Source: Desulfuromonadales bacterium
GTDB taxonomy: Bacteria > Desulfobacterota > Desulfuromonadia > Desulfuromonadales > SZUA-540
Assembly: GCA_033549025.1 (NCBI GenBank)
Contig: JAWSUS010000008.1
Span: 32,001 to 96,000, forward strand
Reading direction: 5' to 3'
DNA: 64,000 nucleotides
Shown here: in pieces, positions 9,250 to 18,454 of the stretch
Numbering within the stretch: the first letter of the stretch is position 1
How the letters are laid out: each line of letters opens with the position of its first letter
Translations under genes and position numbers: made by a program
The notes under the pieces: model-generated
Database searches by the model: none
What the model was told of the DNA's origin: nothing
Seen by the model: only the letters and a program-made list of their open reading frames with translations

Positions 9250-10299
9250 TCATGTGTTGATCAAGACGGTGTTCGTCGAGCGAATGATGATGTTTCCGGC
9301 CACCCCATCCATGAACACGAGGCTGCCGGACTTGTCGGTGGCGCTGATGCTCTCCTGGCCGGGCGCGGCGTTCATGCGCACCACCTGACCGGCCTTGTCG
9401 GTGAGGCGGATCTGTTCGGCGGCGGCGGTGGAATCGACGAGGATTTCCTGGGTGCCGTTGAGTCCCCAGATGTGAACCTTTTCCCGGCCCTTGGTGGTGT
9501 CGATGAGGATCTTCTGCCAGCGGGAACGGCCCTTGTCGCACGAAAGGATGTGGACCTTCTCCTTGTCTTGCCAGGCTTCGAGGATCACCTGCTGGCGGCA
9601 GAGGTCGGTGAGCTGGATGCGGGCGCGGGAGCCGACGATCTGCGAGGCGATGTCGAGCTGGTCGCCCTTCTCGGCGTCCTTCGTGCCTCGGCGCAGGGCG
9701 TTGCCGCTCTGCATCTCCGGCTTCACCTTCCCTTCCATGGTGAGGATCTGTCCGGCGCGGTCGATGATCCGCAGCAGCTCGTCGCCGTCGCGGTCATCGG
9801 CCAGGATGGTGTGGCCGGTTTCGGTCTTGAGCAGTACCTTCAGGCGCGGGCAGTAGTACGGCGGATGGCCGTGGTACTTCTTGTGTTCGAGATCGTCGTG
9901 CCGGTTGGCCTGATGCTCGACCTTGTCCTCGCAGTCATGACAGAAGGCATTGGCGCAGGTGCGCTTGGATTCCTCGGGCTGCTCGCCGGGATTGCTCTTG
10001 GCCAGCCAGACGCCGGTCCAGATCGGATACTGGACAACGCCGCCCTCGAACTCGGCCCAGACCGAGGCCCCTTCCTCGGGGACCAGGAACATGCCGGTGT
10101 CGTCGTTGCCGCCGTAGGGGAAACAGGGAGCGGCCCATTCGGACCAGTTCTCCCGCCCGCTGCCGAGCACGGCGGGGATCTCCAGCCGGACCCGGCCAAG
10201 GCGTTCGGGGTCGTTGTTGTCGCGCACGAAGGCCCGGTACTTGCCGTACCAGCGGTTGCGGTAGCGCTCCTCGGATTGACGGTCGCGGGTTTCAAGCAT
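9250..10299 (-). CDS. Baseplate spike protein (gpV/VgrG C-terminal-like)
   Basis: YGKYRAFVRDNNDPERLGRVRL...WAAPC...PEEGASVWAEFEGG OB-fold motif followed by beta-repeat. Confidence 0.9.
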   Translation of the reverse strand: MLETRDRQSEERYRNRWYGKYRAFVRDNNDPERLGRVRLEIPAVLGSGRENWSEWAAPCFPYGGNDDTGMFLVPEEGASVWAEFEGGVVQYPIWTGVWLAKSNPGEQPEESKRTCANAFCHDCEDKVEHQANRHDDLEHKKYHGHPPYYCPRLKVLLKTETGHTILADDRDGDELLRIIDRAGQILTMEGKVKPEMQSGNALRRGTKDAEKGDQLDIASQIVGSRARIQLTDLCRQQVILEAWQDKEKVHILSCDKGRSRWQKILIDTTKGREKVHIWGLNGTQEILVDSTAAAEQIRLTDKAGQVVRMNAAPGQESISATDKSGSLVFMDGVAGNIIIRSTNTVLINT

Positions 10300-10711
10300 G
10301 CTCCGTCTCCCGTTTTCGACTGGTGTCCCAGGCCAGCCAGCCGCCCAGGCGAACCGCCCAATACATGACCTGCCTTTTCCACAGAGGCACCCCCAGGGCA
10401 GCCATCAGTTCGAGAAAGACGCGGTCGGCAGCAAACCGCGAGACCTTGCCGGTGTGGTAGAGGTAGTCGTGAACGACGGCCGCCGGGGAATATCTCCCCC
10501 AGGGCGGCACCACGCGCCAGAACAGGCGCGGCACCGAGGCGAAGTCGGTCTCGAACCCAGCGGGCACTTCGATGATGCGGCCAGCGCCGGTGCGGATACG
10601 GAACGGCTGGGTCAGCCTCGCGGTCATTCCATTGGGCAGGATCTCCACCCGAAGAGGCCCGGACAGTCCCAGCGCGGTGCCCGAAAACAGGGTCTTGGTT
10701 TCGGCGCTCAT
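10292..10711 (-). CDS. DUF1353-family protein
   Basis: VPAGFETDFASVPR...AAVVHDYLY...ADRVF...AVRLGG. Confidence 0.88.
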   Translation of the reverse strand: MSAETKTLFSGTALGLSGPLRVEILPNGMTARLTQPFRIRTGAGRIIEVPAGFETDFASVPRLFWRVVPPWGRYSPAAVVHDYLYHTGKVSRFAADRVFLELMAALGVPLWKRQVMYWAVRLGGWLAWDTSRKRETEHA

Positions 10712-11082
10712 GACCGCCACCTCGCCTTGCCCGACTGGCGCACATCGAGATGGACCCAGGAGGCATAGACACCGATGCCGCCCTCGCGGAAGAGCGGAAT
10801 TTCCTCGGCGATGACCGCCAGTTCCTCGGGCGAAACGCCTGCGGGACAGCTCACGTCGGCCGCCATGCCCAGCGTGTGGAAACTCTGCTCCGCGCCGCCC
10901 ACGGTTTTGTTGTGCCGGTTGCAGCGGAAGCCGCTGGTGATGGACAGCGGTTTGCCGATGCGGTCACGCAACGCCTGCAGGGCCTCGACCAGGTCGGGAT
11001 GGACCGTAGCCGAATGGCCGCAGCAGTTCTTGCCCTTGCATGCGAATTCCGAACGGTTGAAATTCTTACTGAGATCACCCAT
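10708..11082 (-). CDS. Peptidase M15A-family endolysin
   Basis: NFNRSEFACK, ITSGFRC..HN..VGGA..SFH..GMAAD, WVHLDVR. Confidence 0.9.
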   Translation of the reverse strand: MGDLSKNFNRSEFACKGKNCCGHSATVHPDLVEALQALRDRIGKPLSITSGFRCNRHNKTVGGAEQSFHTLGMAADVSCPAGVSPEELAVIAEEIPLFREGGIGVYASWVHLDVRQSGKARWRS

Positions 11083-12358
11083 TGCCGCCTCCTTGTGTGA
11101 CCGCGCCGGAATCCGCGTCGATGGTCACCATGGCTGGCGGCTCGTTTTGCGGCGTGGGCGGGGCCTCCTTGTCATTGGGTTTGCCCTGGGACTCGGCGGA
11201 CTTGTCGCCCGCGCCCTTGCCGAGGGCGTTCTTCTTGAGTTTGAGTTCGCAGAGATAGCCAGCGCCGCTGATGCTGTGGCGCACCGAGTGACAGTAATAG
11301 ATGCCGGAAAACTTCCGTCCCACGCCCTTGATCTCGACGTTTTTCTTGGCGCGTAGCTGGGGAATGCCGATGGTGGCCGCATCCGCCTCGACCTGGCGCA
11401 GCTCGGCCTCGCGGAATTTGCCTTCGGCGCTGTCCTGGGCGGGCTCCTGGCGCGGCTCTTCGTGAAAGCCTTCGGAACGGTCGAAGCTGGGCACGATCTG
11501 CCCCGTCTCCTGTTCCTTGAAGCTGCCTTCGCCGGTGTTGCCGTCGACCAGATAGGTCTGCTTGCCCAGGGCCGTCCGCTCGGGCGTGGTGGCGTTGTTG
11601 GCCTTGTGCTCGGCCACGTCCTTCTTGCGCGGGTCGATACCGACCGTCTTGGTCTCGACACCCGCGCCCTTGGCTCCCTGGGATTGGGTGCTGGGGCGGA
11701 ACGAGCGCAGCAGGCCCTTGGTGTCGGTGAAATATTCGAGGGTCAGAAGCGGCGTCTGGTCGAGCTCGCGGGGATGGAAATGGAGTTCGTCGTCCTGGAT
11801 GTAGAAGACATAGCCGCTCACGCCGTCGCCATCGCGGTCACGGGCCTTTTCCGCCAGCTCCTTGAGGAACTGGGCGTCCGAGATGTTGCTCTGGGTGACG
11901 CGGAGATGTGTTCCCTTGGTGGCCGTGACCACCGGGGTGAGGCCGTTGGCGGCGGCGATCTGTTCGGCGATTTCCGAATAGAGGATGCCGGGAGCGGGTT
12001 TCTGCCAGACCTTCTGGTTCTCCTTGCCCGCGAGTTTGAAGCCCTTGTCGTAGGCCTTGATGCGGATGGTCGGGTCGCCGTTTTCCGGAAAGTCGTAATC
12101 GATGTCCTTGATGACCGCCTTCTTGCGCGGAGAGAGGTTCCCCACGTAGCCGAAGCGGGCCACGATCTCGTTGCCTTCCTGGAACAGCGGATCGTCGACG
12201 AACTGCAGGTTGCGGTCGGTCACCGACAGTTCGAGGACATCCAGCTCCTCCTCGTTGTCGGTGAATATGAACGAGGTGATCTCCTGGGTGATGTCCTTCG
12301 AGAGGTCTTGCCCCTCGATCTGAATCAGAAATGTCGGTTTGAAGGTATCCAGATCCAT
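11075..12358 (-). CDS. Phage late control D / baseplate hub protein
   Basis: QSNISDAQFLKELA, GIPQLRA...GVGRKFSGIYY..SVRHSI motifs. Confidence 0.85.
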   Translation of the reverse strand: MDLDTFKPTFLIQIEGQDLSKDITQEITSFIFTDNEEELDVLELSVTDRNLQFVDDPLFQEGNEIVARFGYVGNLSPRKKAVIKDIDYDFPENGDPTIRIKAYDKGFKLAGKENQKVWQKPAPGILYSEIAEQIAAANGLTPVVTATKGTHLRVTQSNISDAQFLKELAEKARDRDGDGVSGYVFYIQDDELHFHPRELDQTPLLTLEYFTDTKGLLRSFRPSTQSQGAKGAGVETKTVGIDPRKKDVAEHKANNATTPERTALGKQTYLVDGNTGEGSFKEQETGQIVPSFDRSEGFHEEPRQEPAQDSAEGKFREAELRQVEADAATIGIPQLRAKKNVEIKGVGRKFSGIYYCHSVRHSISGAGYLCELKLKKNALGKGAGDKSAESQGKPNDKEAPPTPQNEPPAMVTIDADSGAVTQGGGNG

Positions 12359-12388
12359 GCGTATCTCCGGCGGTTCGCAGTTCCCTGC

Positions 12389-12419
12389 TTACTTACCGGA
12401 AGGCATGGCGAGGTGTCGG
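12389..12419 (-). promoter_or_regulatory. Phage promoter motif upstream of late control D
   Basis: CCGAC-N15-CCGGTAAGTAA. Confidence 0.8.
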
Positions 12420-12424
12420 AGGTC

Positions 12425-12715
12425 TCAGTCGAGCAGGCGCATCTGAACGTGTTCGCGGGAGGGAATTCGCAGTGCCAGGCCGGGCTCGAGCGCCAACGGG
12501 AAAAAGATGTCGTTGTAGTCGCAGATGATCCACCAGAGCCGGGCGTCACCCAGATAGCGGTGCGCGAGCAGATCCAGACGGTCGCCCTCAACCATGGTGT
12601 GCAGGCGGTCGTCATATCTCGGAGTAGTGTCGATCCGCTGGCGCATGCCGAGGGAGGTGCCGTCGCTGTCCCGGTAGAGAACGCAGCGGGCGTAGCGGGA
12701 ATCACGGCCGATCAT
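12425..12715 (-). CDS. LysM / tail X-type baseplate protein
   Basis: EGDRLDLLAHRYLGDARLWWIICDYN motif; start moved to ATG 12715. Confidence 0.85.
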   Translation of the reverse strand: MIGRDSRYARCVLYRDSDGTSLGMRQRIDTTPRYDDRLHTMVEGDRLDLLAHRYLGDARLWWIICDYNDIFFPLALEPGLALRIPSREHVQMRLLD

Positions 12716-13182
12716 GAACGTACCTCCGACCAGTTGATGGAACGGTCCACGTATTCCTCGAGGACGATGTCCACCTCGGCACGTTGCGGCAGCAGGTTGT
12801 CCCGGTCGAACAGGCCGAAGAACCGCGCCTTCACCTGACGGACGATGCAGGTCACGCCCGGGTAGAGATCGCCGAAAATCAGCAGTACGCGGTGCGGCGC
12901 GTTCTTGAGCATGGTTCCGGCGTGTTCCGAATATTGCAGCGAGCGGAGCCAGTCGACCTTCTGTTTCACCGGCCCCTTGAACAGCTCGACCTTGAAGGCG
13001 ATCCGGCGCGGTTCCCCGGCGACGTACTGGTAGCGCGGGTGGCTCATACCGGGGATCTTGATCGTCGCGTAGTCGGTCGACTTCTCGTCGCTGATGGAGT
13101 TGGGGTTGTACTGGAATTCGAGCCGCTCCCCCGTGTCGGCGTCCACCAGATATCCCTTGATGGGTTGTTGATCCCAGGCCAT
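12712..13182 (-). CDS. Tail tube initiator (contractile injection system tube-type protein)
   Basis: FQYNPNSISDEK...QYVAGEPR motif; position after tape measure. Confidence 0.75.
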   Translation of the reverse strand: MAWDQQPIKGYLVDADTGERLEFQYNPNSISDEKSTDYATIKIPGMSHPRYQYVAGEPRRIAFKVELFKGPVKQKVDWLRSLQYSEHAGTMLKNAPHRVLLIFGDLYPGVTCIVRQVKARFFGLFDRDNLLPQRAEVDIVLEEYVDRSINWSEVRS

Positions 13183-13185
13183 TGC

Positions 13186-13509
13186 TTACACCTCGACGAT
13201 CTCGAGGATCGGTTTGCCCAGTTGTCCGGCCCGGTCGAGTTCCCGCCGCATGCCGTTGGAAATGCCGTTGCCGGTGAACGCCCACACCTCGTCGCAACAT
13301 TCCATGTAGGCCGGGCCGCAGGCGATGCCCGTCTCCCGCTGCTCGGGAACGCTGTCGTCGGTGAAGGTCGGATACAGCAGATGCGGCGCGAACGGCGCGT
13401 GACCGCTTCTCATGACCTGGCGGCAAAGTGCCTCGGCGACCTTGACGTTTCGGGCTATGTCGCCCGCGAACGGGCTGCAGACAAAGATGCGTTTCATCGG
13501 TTCTCTCAA
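13186..13509 (-). CDS. DUF4406 / nucleoside deoxyribosyltransferase-like small protein
   Basis: IFVCSPFAGD...PFAPHLLY...CDEVW...ISNGMRRE. Confidence 0.75.
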   Translation of the reverse strand: MREPMKRIFVCSPFAGDIARNVKVAEALCRQVMRSGHAPFAPHLLYPTFTDDSVPEQRETGIACGPAYMECCDEVWAFTGNGISNGMRRELDRAGQLGKPILEIVEV

Positions 13510-16500
13510 AGGGTTTCGTAGTTTCTGATCTTCCGCTCCCGAAGATCCTTGTAGACGGCCTCGGCCACCTTCCGGCCATCGATGTTGGTGGTCACGCTCA
13601 GTTCCACCGGTCGGTCGGCCAAGCCATTGAGGCGCGAGAGCAGCGATTCCAGCAGTTCGCGCAGCCCCGGACCGGCTTCCTCTCCGCGCATGGGTGTCGC
13701 GGGAGCGGTGCGAGCCGGAGCGATCAACCGCTCGGAAGGCACCGTCTCGGCGAGTCCCGATTGCAGGGGCTTCGCTATCGGAGTCGGCGCGGTTGTCTTG
13801 GGCCGCTCGATCCCGGCCGGAGCCAGAGAGGCTTCTACGTTTTCCAGTGCCGGTTCCACCGCGAACGGCTGGATATAGCTCTTACTTACCGGCTCGACGG
13901 CCGCCGCGACGGTCTGCACGATGCCGTTCATCGGTTGCGTAGTCGGCGCGGCAGTGGCCATGACCGGCTGGAGCATCAGCATGGCGCTCAGGGCCTTGGG
14001 CACCAGGCGCTCGTCCAGACGCGGCACGAGACTCAGCACGCTTTCGATGATGCGTTGCCCAATCGATTCAGCGGGCTGCGCGGTCTTGAGCGGTTGCTTC
14101 TGCTCGGCCACCTGCGGAATCGGGGTCCGGACTCCCAGCATGGCGCGAGCGGAGGAGAGTAAACCGTTGGCGATCCCGGCACTGCGATCCTTGATCGCCT
14201 GAATGCCCGCGCTCGCGCCGATGGAAAGCCGCTGCCAGAGGGTTTGCCCCCCGGCCCCGGCGCTGGCAAAGATTCGACCGACAGCGCCGGGCACGGCCGA
14301 CAGCGTGGCAACGATCCGGTCGCGGACATTGACGGCTCCCGTGGCCAGAGCGTCCCAGGCATTGACCTGGGACGGCTTGAGCGCCAAGTCAGGCGTACCG
14401 CCAAGCAGGGACTGTTTAAGACCGCCGAAGATGGCACCGGCCTTGGTCGCGACGGTTTGAGCCCCGGAGGTAAACCCATCCCAGAGTTTTCCAGCCATCC
14501 GGAAGGGAACCGAGGCGGCGTCCATAAGGTTGCCGCCCGCCGATTTAATCTGCTGCCAGGCTCCCGCAGCGGCCGAGAGAATCCCGCGAGCGGCGAAGCC
14601 GAACACTTTTGCGGGCAGCGACTGGGTAAGGCTCATGCCGTCGGCGAGGGTCTTGAGCAGCGCGGAACCGGAGGCGGTCAGGCTGGCGAGTGGTCCCTCG
14701 CGGGCATCGGAGAACGGCAGCAGATTGCGCAGCTTGCCCAGGGCGTTCTTGAGCATGGTGAAGGGATAGGTCACCGCCGACCAGATCCCTTCGCCCAGGG
14801 TGATCAGCAGCTTTTTGCCCGCCTCGAAGAAAGTGGTGTCCCCGGCGAAGAAGGAGCGCACGGTGGCAAACAGCTCACGCAGGGTGCTGATAATCGGCAG
14901 ATTCAGAATCGCCTGGCCGATCTGTCCAGCGGCGTCGGCAACCAGGCGTCCGATGGAGGTGAATATCCCGGAAAAGAAATTCCAGACGCCAACCACCACA
15001 TCCCGCGCCCAGCGGAACGGGGTGGCAAGAAAATCGTAGACCGCGCCGCCAATGGCCTTCAGGCCGTCGAGCAGAGAGATATCTCCGCTCAGCACCTGCC
15101 AGACCGCATAGACGATCTTCCCAGCGGCCACGAAGGCCTCGCCGATCATCCGCACGGGCAACAGAAACTTGTAGATGAACTTGGCGGCACCGACCAAAGT
15201 GCCGACGATGATCTTGCCGACCCAGACCACGCTGCGCACCACCACCGCCAGGGCTCGCACGATGAGCGACAGGTTCCAGGCCACGATTTTCAGGGCGAAC
15301 GCCAACCCCTGCAGAAGCACACCGGCGACGGTGCCGATAACCGTGCCGAAGGTGCGCCAGGACGACCCATCGGTGGCGCTGGCGGCCACGCCGAAGATCT
15401 CCACCACCGAAAAGACCGCGCTGGCCAGCGCCGCATAGGCACTCATCAGTGTGCGGACGGTCGGTTCGAGGATGGCGCGGATGCGGCCAAAGGCATGGGA
15501 GAACGCGCCCCACAATCCGGCCATGGACTCACGAACCCGGTAATAGGCCTTGAAAACGGTGACCACGAAGCCCAACAGCCCGGCGGATTCGAGCTTCTGT
15601 GCCAGTTCGGCCGACATCTGCCCGACGCCGCCGCTGAGAGAGCCCACCAGCTCTCTGATCCCCTGGAAGACCAGCGAGACCTTGTTCCAGGCCCCGGTGA
15701 TGATCTCCTGAATGCCGCCGAAGTTGGTTTCCCAGGCGCGTTTGAGCAGATACACCGACAGGATCACGCCCGCGATGATCGCGGTAACAGGCAGAAAATA
15801 GGTCGCGACCGCCGAACCCACCCCGGCGAGCGCGGCGCTTATGGCCACGACCCCGGCCTTGATGGCGGGCAGCATGAGTCCCACCATGCCCACGGCGGCG
15901 GTGACGGCTCCGGCCACGACCAAAATGGTGCCGAGGGCCATGGATAGTCCAAGGACCACCCGGGTCACGCCCGGCATCGATTTGGCCATGCGCTGCAGGA
16001 ACAGAATGACGCGGGAGACGCCGTTGATCACCGGCGTGACCACCGGCAACAAGGTGCGACCCAGGATTTCGCTGAGGTTGGCCATCTGCTGGCGCAGGAG
16101 CAGGAACCGGGCTCCGATGTCCTGGTTCATGGCGTCGGCCATCTGTTCGGTGACCGCCGTGCCGGTCTTCATGGCTCGGCCAACCGACTGGATATTGCCT
16201 TCGAGGCTCTCCGTGCCCGCCGACATCTGCAGCAGGAACTTGACCGCCTCGTCGGAACCGAAGGCCTTCTTCAGCTTCACCTGGGCGGCGGCGTTGGAGA
16301 GATCGGGAAACTGGCGCTTGATCTCCTGCAGGATGGGAACCACGCCCTTGAGACGGCCACTGGTGTCGGTGAAGGACAGGCCAAGCTCGTCACCGGCCTC
16401 GGCCGCCTTCATGATGAACGCCTTGTACAGCGTGCCCGCCTCGGAGCCGGGCATGGTGGTCTGGAGCTGGCCGAGCACGGCGAGCTGCTCGTTCAGGGGA

Positions 16501-17141
16501 ATGTTGCTCGCGGCCGCCACCGCGCCGATGTTCTTGATGGCGTCGGCCATCTGGGTGCCGTTGGTCTTGAACGAGGCCACGGTCTGCGCCATGGCTCCGG
16601 AAAAGGCGGTCGCCCATTCCATGTCGTTCATGTCGGCCATGATGGGCTTGAAGATCCCGTAGGCCGTGGTGAAGGTGCCAACCATCTCCTGGGTGGTGGC
16701 CTTGGTCGCCTTGGCCGTCATGGCGGCCATGGAGGTGAAGACGCCCACCGCCTCGTCGCTGAGGTTGGACAGGGCCGATTTCACATCGTAGGTGGCAGTG
16801 ATGAACGCCGCCTTGTCGGCACCGGACCACTGGTTGGTGAAGGATTCTGCGGCGTCCTCGATGGCCCGGAGGTCCTGCACGCCGAGGGACGCCAGCTCGC
16901 CCAGAGCCTTCTGGGTCGCGGCGGTGGAGGCGACCAGGGCGGCGGGCACTGCCATCAGGGCCAGTCCCGCCCCCAGCATCATGGTCCCTTGCTGGATGCG
17001 GTCCAGGTTGCGGGTCATCCGCTCGCTAGCATCCGCCACGGTGGAATCGAGGTCCATCATGGAACCACGGATGCGCTGCGCGTTCTGCGAGAACGCATCC
17101 TTCATCGATACCACTATGCCCAGTCCGAGATCGCCGTTCAT
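13506..17141 (-). CDS. Tail tape measure protein
   Basis: 1211 aa, Ala/Gly-rich, TP901-like core (GSEAGT), hydrophobic central repeats. Confidence 0.92.
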   Translation of the reverse strand: MNGDLGLGIVVSMKDAFSQNAQRIRGSMMDLDSTVADASERMTRNLDRIQQGTMMLGAGLALMAVPAALVASTAATQKALGELASLGVQDLRAIEDAAESFTNQWSGADKAAFITATYDVKSALSNLSDEAVGVFTSMAAMTAKATKATTQEMVGTFTTAYGIFKPIMADMNDMEWATAFSGAMAQTVASFKTNGTQMADAIKNIGAVAAASNIPLNEQLAVLGQLQTTMPGSEAGTLYKAFIMKAAEAGDELGLSFTDTSGRLKGVVPILQEIKRQFPDLSNAAAQVKLKKAFGSDEAVKFLLQMSAGTESLEGNIQSVGRAMKTGTAVTEQMADAMNQDIGARFLLLRQQMANLSEILGRTLLPVVTPVINGVSRVILFLQRMAKSMPGVTRVVLGLSMALGTILVVAGAVTAAVGMVGLMLPAIKAGVVAISAALAGVGSAVATYFLPVTAIIAGVILSVYLLKRAWETNFGGIQEIITGAWNKVSLVFQGIRELVGSLSGGVGQMSAELAQKLESAGLLGFVVTVFKAYYRVRESMAGLWGAFSHAFGRIRAILEPTVRTLMSAYAALASAVFSVVEIFGVAASATDGSSWRTFGTVIGTVAGVLLQGLAFALKIVAWNLSLIVRALAVVVRSVVWVGKIIVGTLVGAAKFIYKFLLPVRMIGEAFVAAGKIVYAVWQVLSGDISLLDGLKAIGGAVYDFLATPFRWARDVVVGVWNFFSGIFTSIGRLVADAAGQIGQAILNLPIISTLRELFATVRSFFAGDTTFFEAGKKLLITLGEGIWSAVTYPFTMLKNALGKLRNLLPFSDAREGPLASLTASGSALLKTLADGMSLTQSLPAKVFGFAARGILSAAAGAWQQIKSAGGNLMDAASVPFRMAGKLWDGFTSGAQTVATKAGAIFGGLKQSLLGGTPDLALKPSQVNAWDALATGAVNVRDRIVATLSAVPGAVGRIFASAGAGGQTLWQRLSIGASAGIQAIKDRSAGIANGLLSSARAMLGVRTPIPQVAEQKQPLKTAQPAESIGQRIIESVLSLVPRLDERLVPKALSAMLMLQPVMATAAPTTQPMNGIVQTVAAAVEPVSKSYIQPFAVEPALENVEASLAPAGIERPKTTAPTPIAKPLQSGLAETVPSERLIAPARTAPATPMRGEEAGPGLRELLESLLSRLNGLADRPVELSVTTNIDGRKVAEAVYKDLRERKIRNYETL
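13882..13912 (-). promoter_or_regulatory. Phage promoter motif inside the 3' end of the tape measure gene
   Basis: CCGTC-N15-CCGGTAAGTAA. Confidence 0.6.
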
Positions 17142-17312
17142 CTATCGCCGTTCCGTTTGCTCACGTTCAAAATCAAGTTGCCGCTCGAGGGCCTCGACGA
17201 ACTGACGCCGGACCCCGAGCGGCAGCGAGCGGGTTTCCGACCAGCCCCAGTGCAGTCCGCCGTAAGCGAGAAAGAATGCGTCGCTTACAAGCGAACTCCG
17301 GGGAACAAAAAA
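17142..17312 (-). CDS. Tail assembly chaperone extension (gpGT-like), probably reached by -1 frameshift
   Basis: -1 frame ORF (LAYGGLHWGWSETRSLP..RRQFV) entered at slippery T-TTT-TTG 17312-17306. Confidence 0.7.
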   Translation of the reverse strand, partial: FFVPRSSLVSDAFFLAYGGLHWGWSETRSLPLGVRRQFVEALERQLDFEREQTERR

Positions 17313-17962
17313 GCCGGTTCGGCCTCCAGGCGGGTACGGATCTTGGTGCCGCAGCCATCGCAATCGGTCTCGACCGAGGTGTCGATTCCCGCGTCGACCC
17401 GCGACATCTCCTGCCGCAGCGCGTTGCGGTCGCGCATCGACATTTCCGCCAGGCTCTTCTTGGAGGGAGCCTTGCCGTCGATGTCGAGGACGCGGATGAG
17501 CATGGCCGAGGTGATGTTGGGCTCGCGCAGGCTGGCCAGACGCTTTTCCTTGTGGCCATCGAGATATCCGAAGCGCACGGTTTTCTTCGAGCCGGGCAGC
17601 TTGAAGGCGAACTCCCGCTCCTCGCCGTAGGGGGTGACCTTGAGATCCTCGAGATTGATGGTCACAAAGTTGGTCATGCGGCAGGAGCTGTTCGGGCAGC
17701 TCAGCTCCAGCTCCACCTCGTCGCCGAGGGAAATCTGGCGCAGGCGGACCAGGGCGAACAGCCGGTCACCCGAGAGCAGGTTCATCACCTCGGCGAGATC
17801 GGGATCGGTCTTCTCGCCCAGCCGGACGAAACAGTTGCGGAGCACCTGGTTGATCGCCTCTCCGGAACGGATCAGGCGCTGGTTGGTGAGCAGTTCTTCC
17901 TCGGCCCCGGTCATTTCCCGAAGCTCGAGTTCAGTGCCGCTTGGCAGTTCAAAGCTGTACAT
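17285..17962 (-). CDS. Tail assembly chaperone
   Basis: Between tube and tape measure; LREMTGAEEELL, CPxxxC and CDGC motifs. Confidence 0.75.
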   Translation of the reverse strand: MYSFELPSGTELELREMTGAEEELLTNQRLIRSGEAINQVLRNCFVRLGEKTDPDLAEVMNLLSGDRLFALVRLRQISLGDEVELELSCPNSSCRMTNFVTINLEDLKVTPYGEEREFAFKLPGSKKTVRFGYLDGHKEKRLASLREPNITSAMLIRVLDIDGKAPSKKSLAEMSMRDRNALRQEMSRVDAGIDTSVETDCDGCGTKIRTRLEAEPAFLFPGVRL

Positions 17963-17977
17963 GGTCGATCCTCCGTT

Positions 17978-18439
17978 TTAGGTCCAGTATTGGAAGCAGA
18001 TGGTGAGCTTCTCGATGGTGTTCTCGGTGTTGCCGCCTTCGAGCTCGTCGTATTCGAGCGCCTTCACCCAGGCACCGTGCAGGGTCCAGCGGCGGGTCTC
18101 GTTGCCGGTGCGGTCGTAGCGGACAACGTCGATGTCGCGCATGTAGTCGGCCGGAAGGCCGCCGGTGACGGCGTTCACGTCCACCTGTTTCTTGATCCAT
18201 TCGCGGGCCGCCTCGTCGGAGCCGTCCTGCAGGGTGCCTTTCTCGAGGGTGATGTCCTCGAACTTGACCCGCCCTGCCACCTTTTGGTCGAACATCGAAC
18301 CGGCCGGGGCAAAGGCCACTTCCTCGAATTCGGTTTTTGGCTCCTGTCCCTTGTGGAACAGGGCCACGTCGAAGCCATTTACCTCGATGGCGAATTGCCA
18401 GTTCTGGTAAAGGCTCTTGGGCATGTTTCCGCTTCTCAT
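17978..18439 (-). CDS. Tail tube protein (T4 gp19-like)
   Basis: GRVKFEDITLEKG...WTLHGAWVK...IEKLTI. Confidence 0.9.
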   Translation of the reverse strand: MRSGNMPKSLYQNWQFAIEVNGFDVALFHKGQEPKTEFEEVAFAPAGSMFDQKVAGRVKFEDITLEKGTLQDGSDEAAREWIKKQVDVNAVTGGLPADYMRDIDVVRYDRTGNETRRWTLHGAWVKALEYDELEGGNTENTIEKLTICFQYWT

Positions 18440-18454
18440 AGCCGTGTTCTCCCG

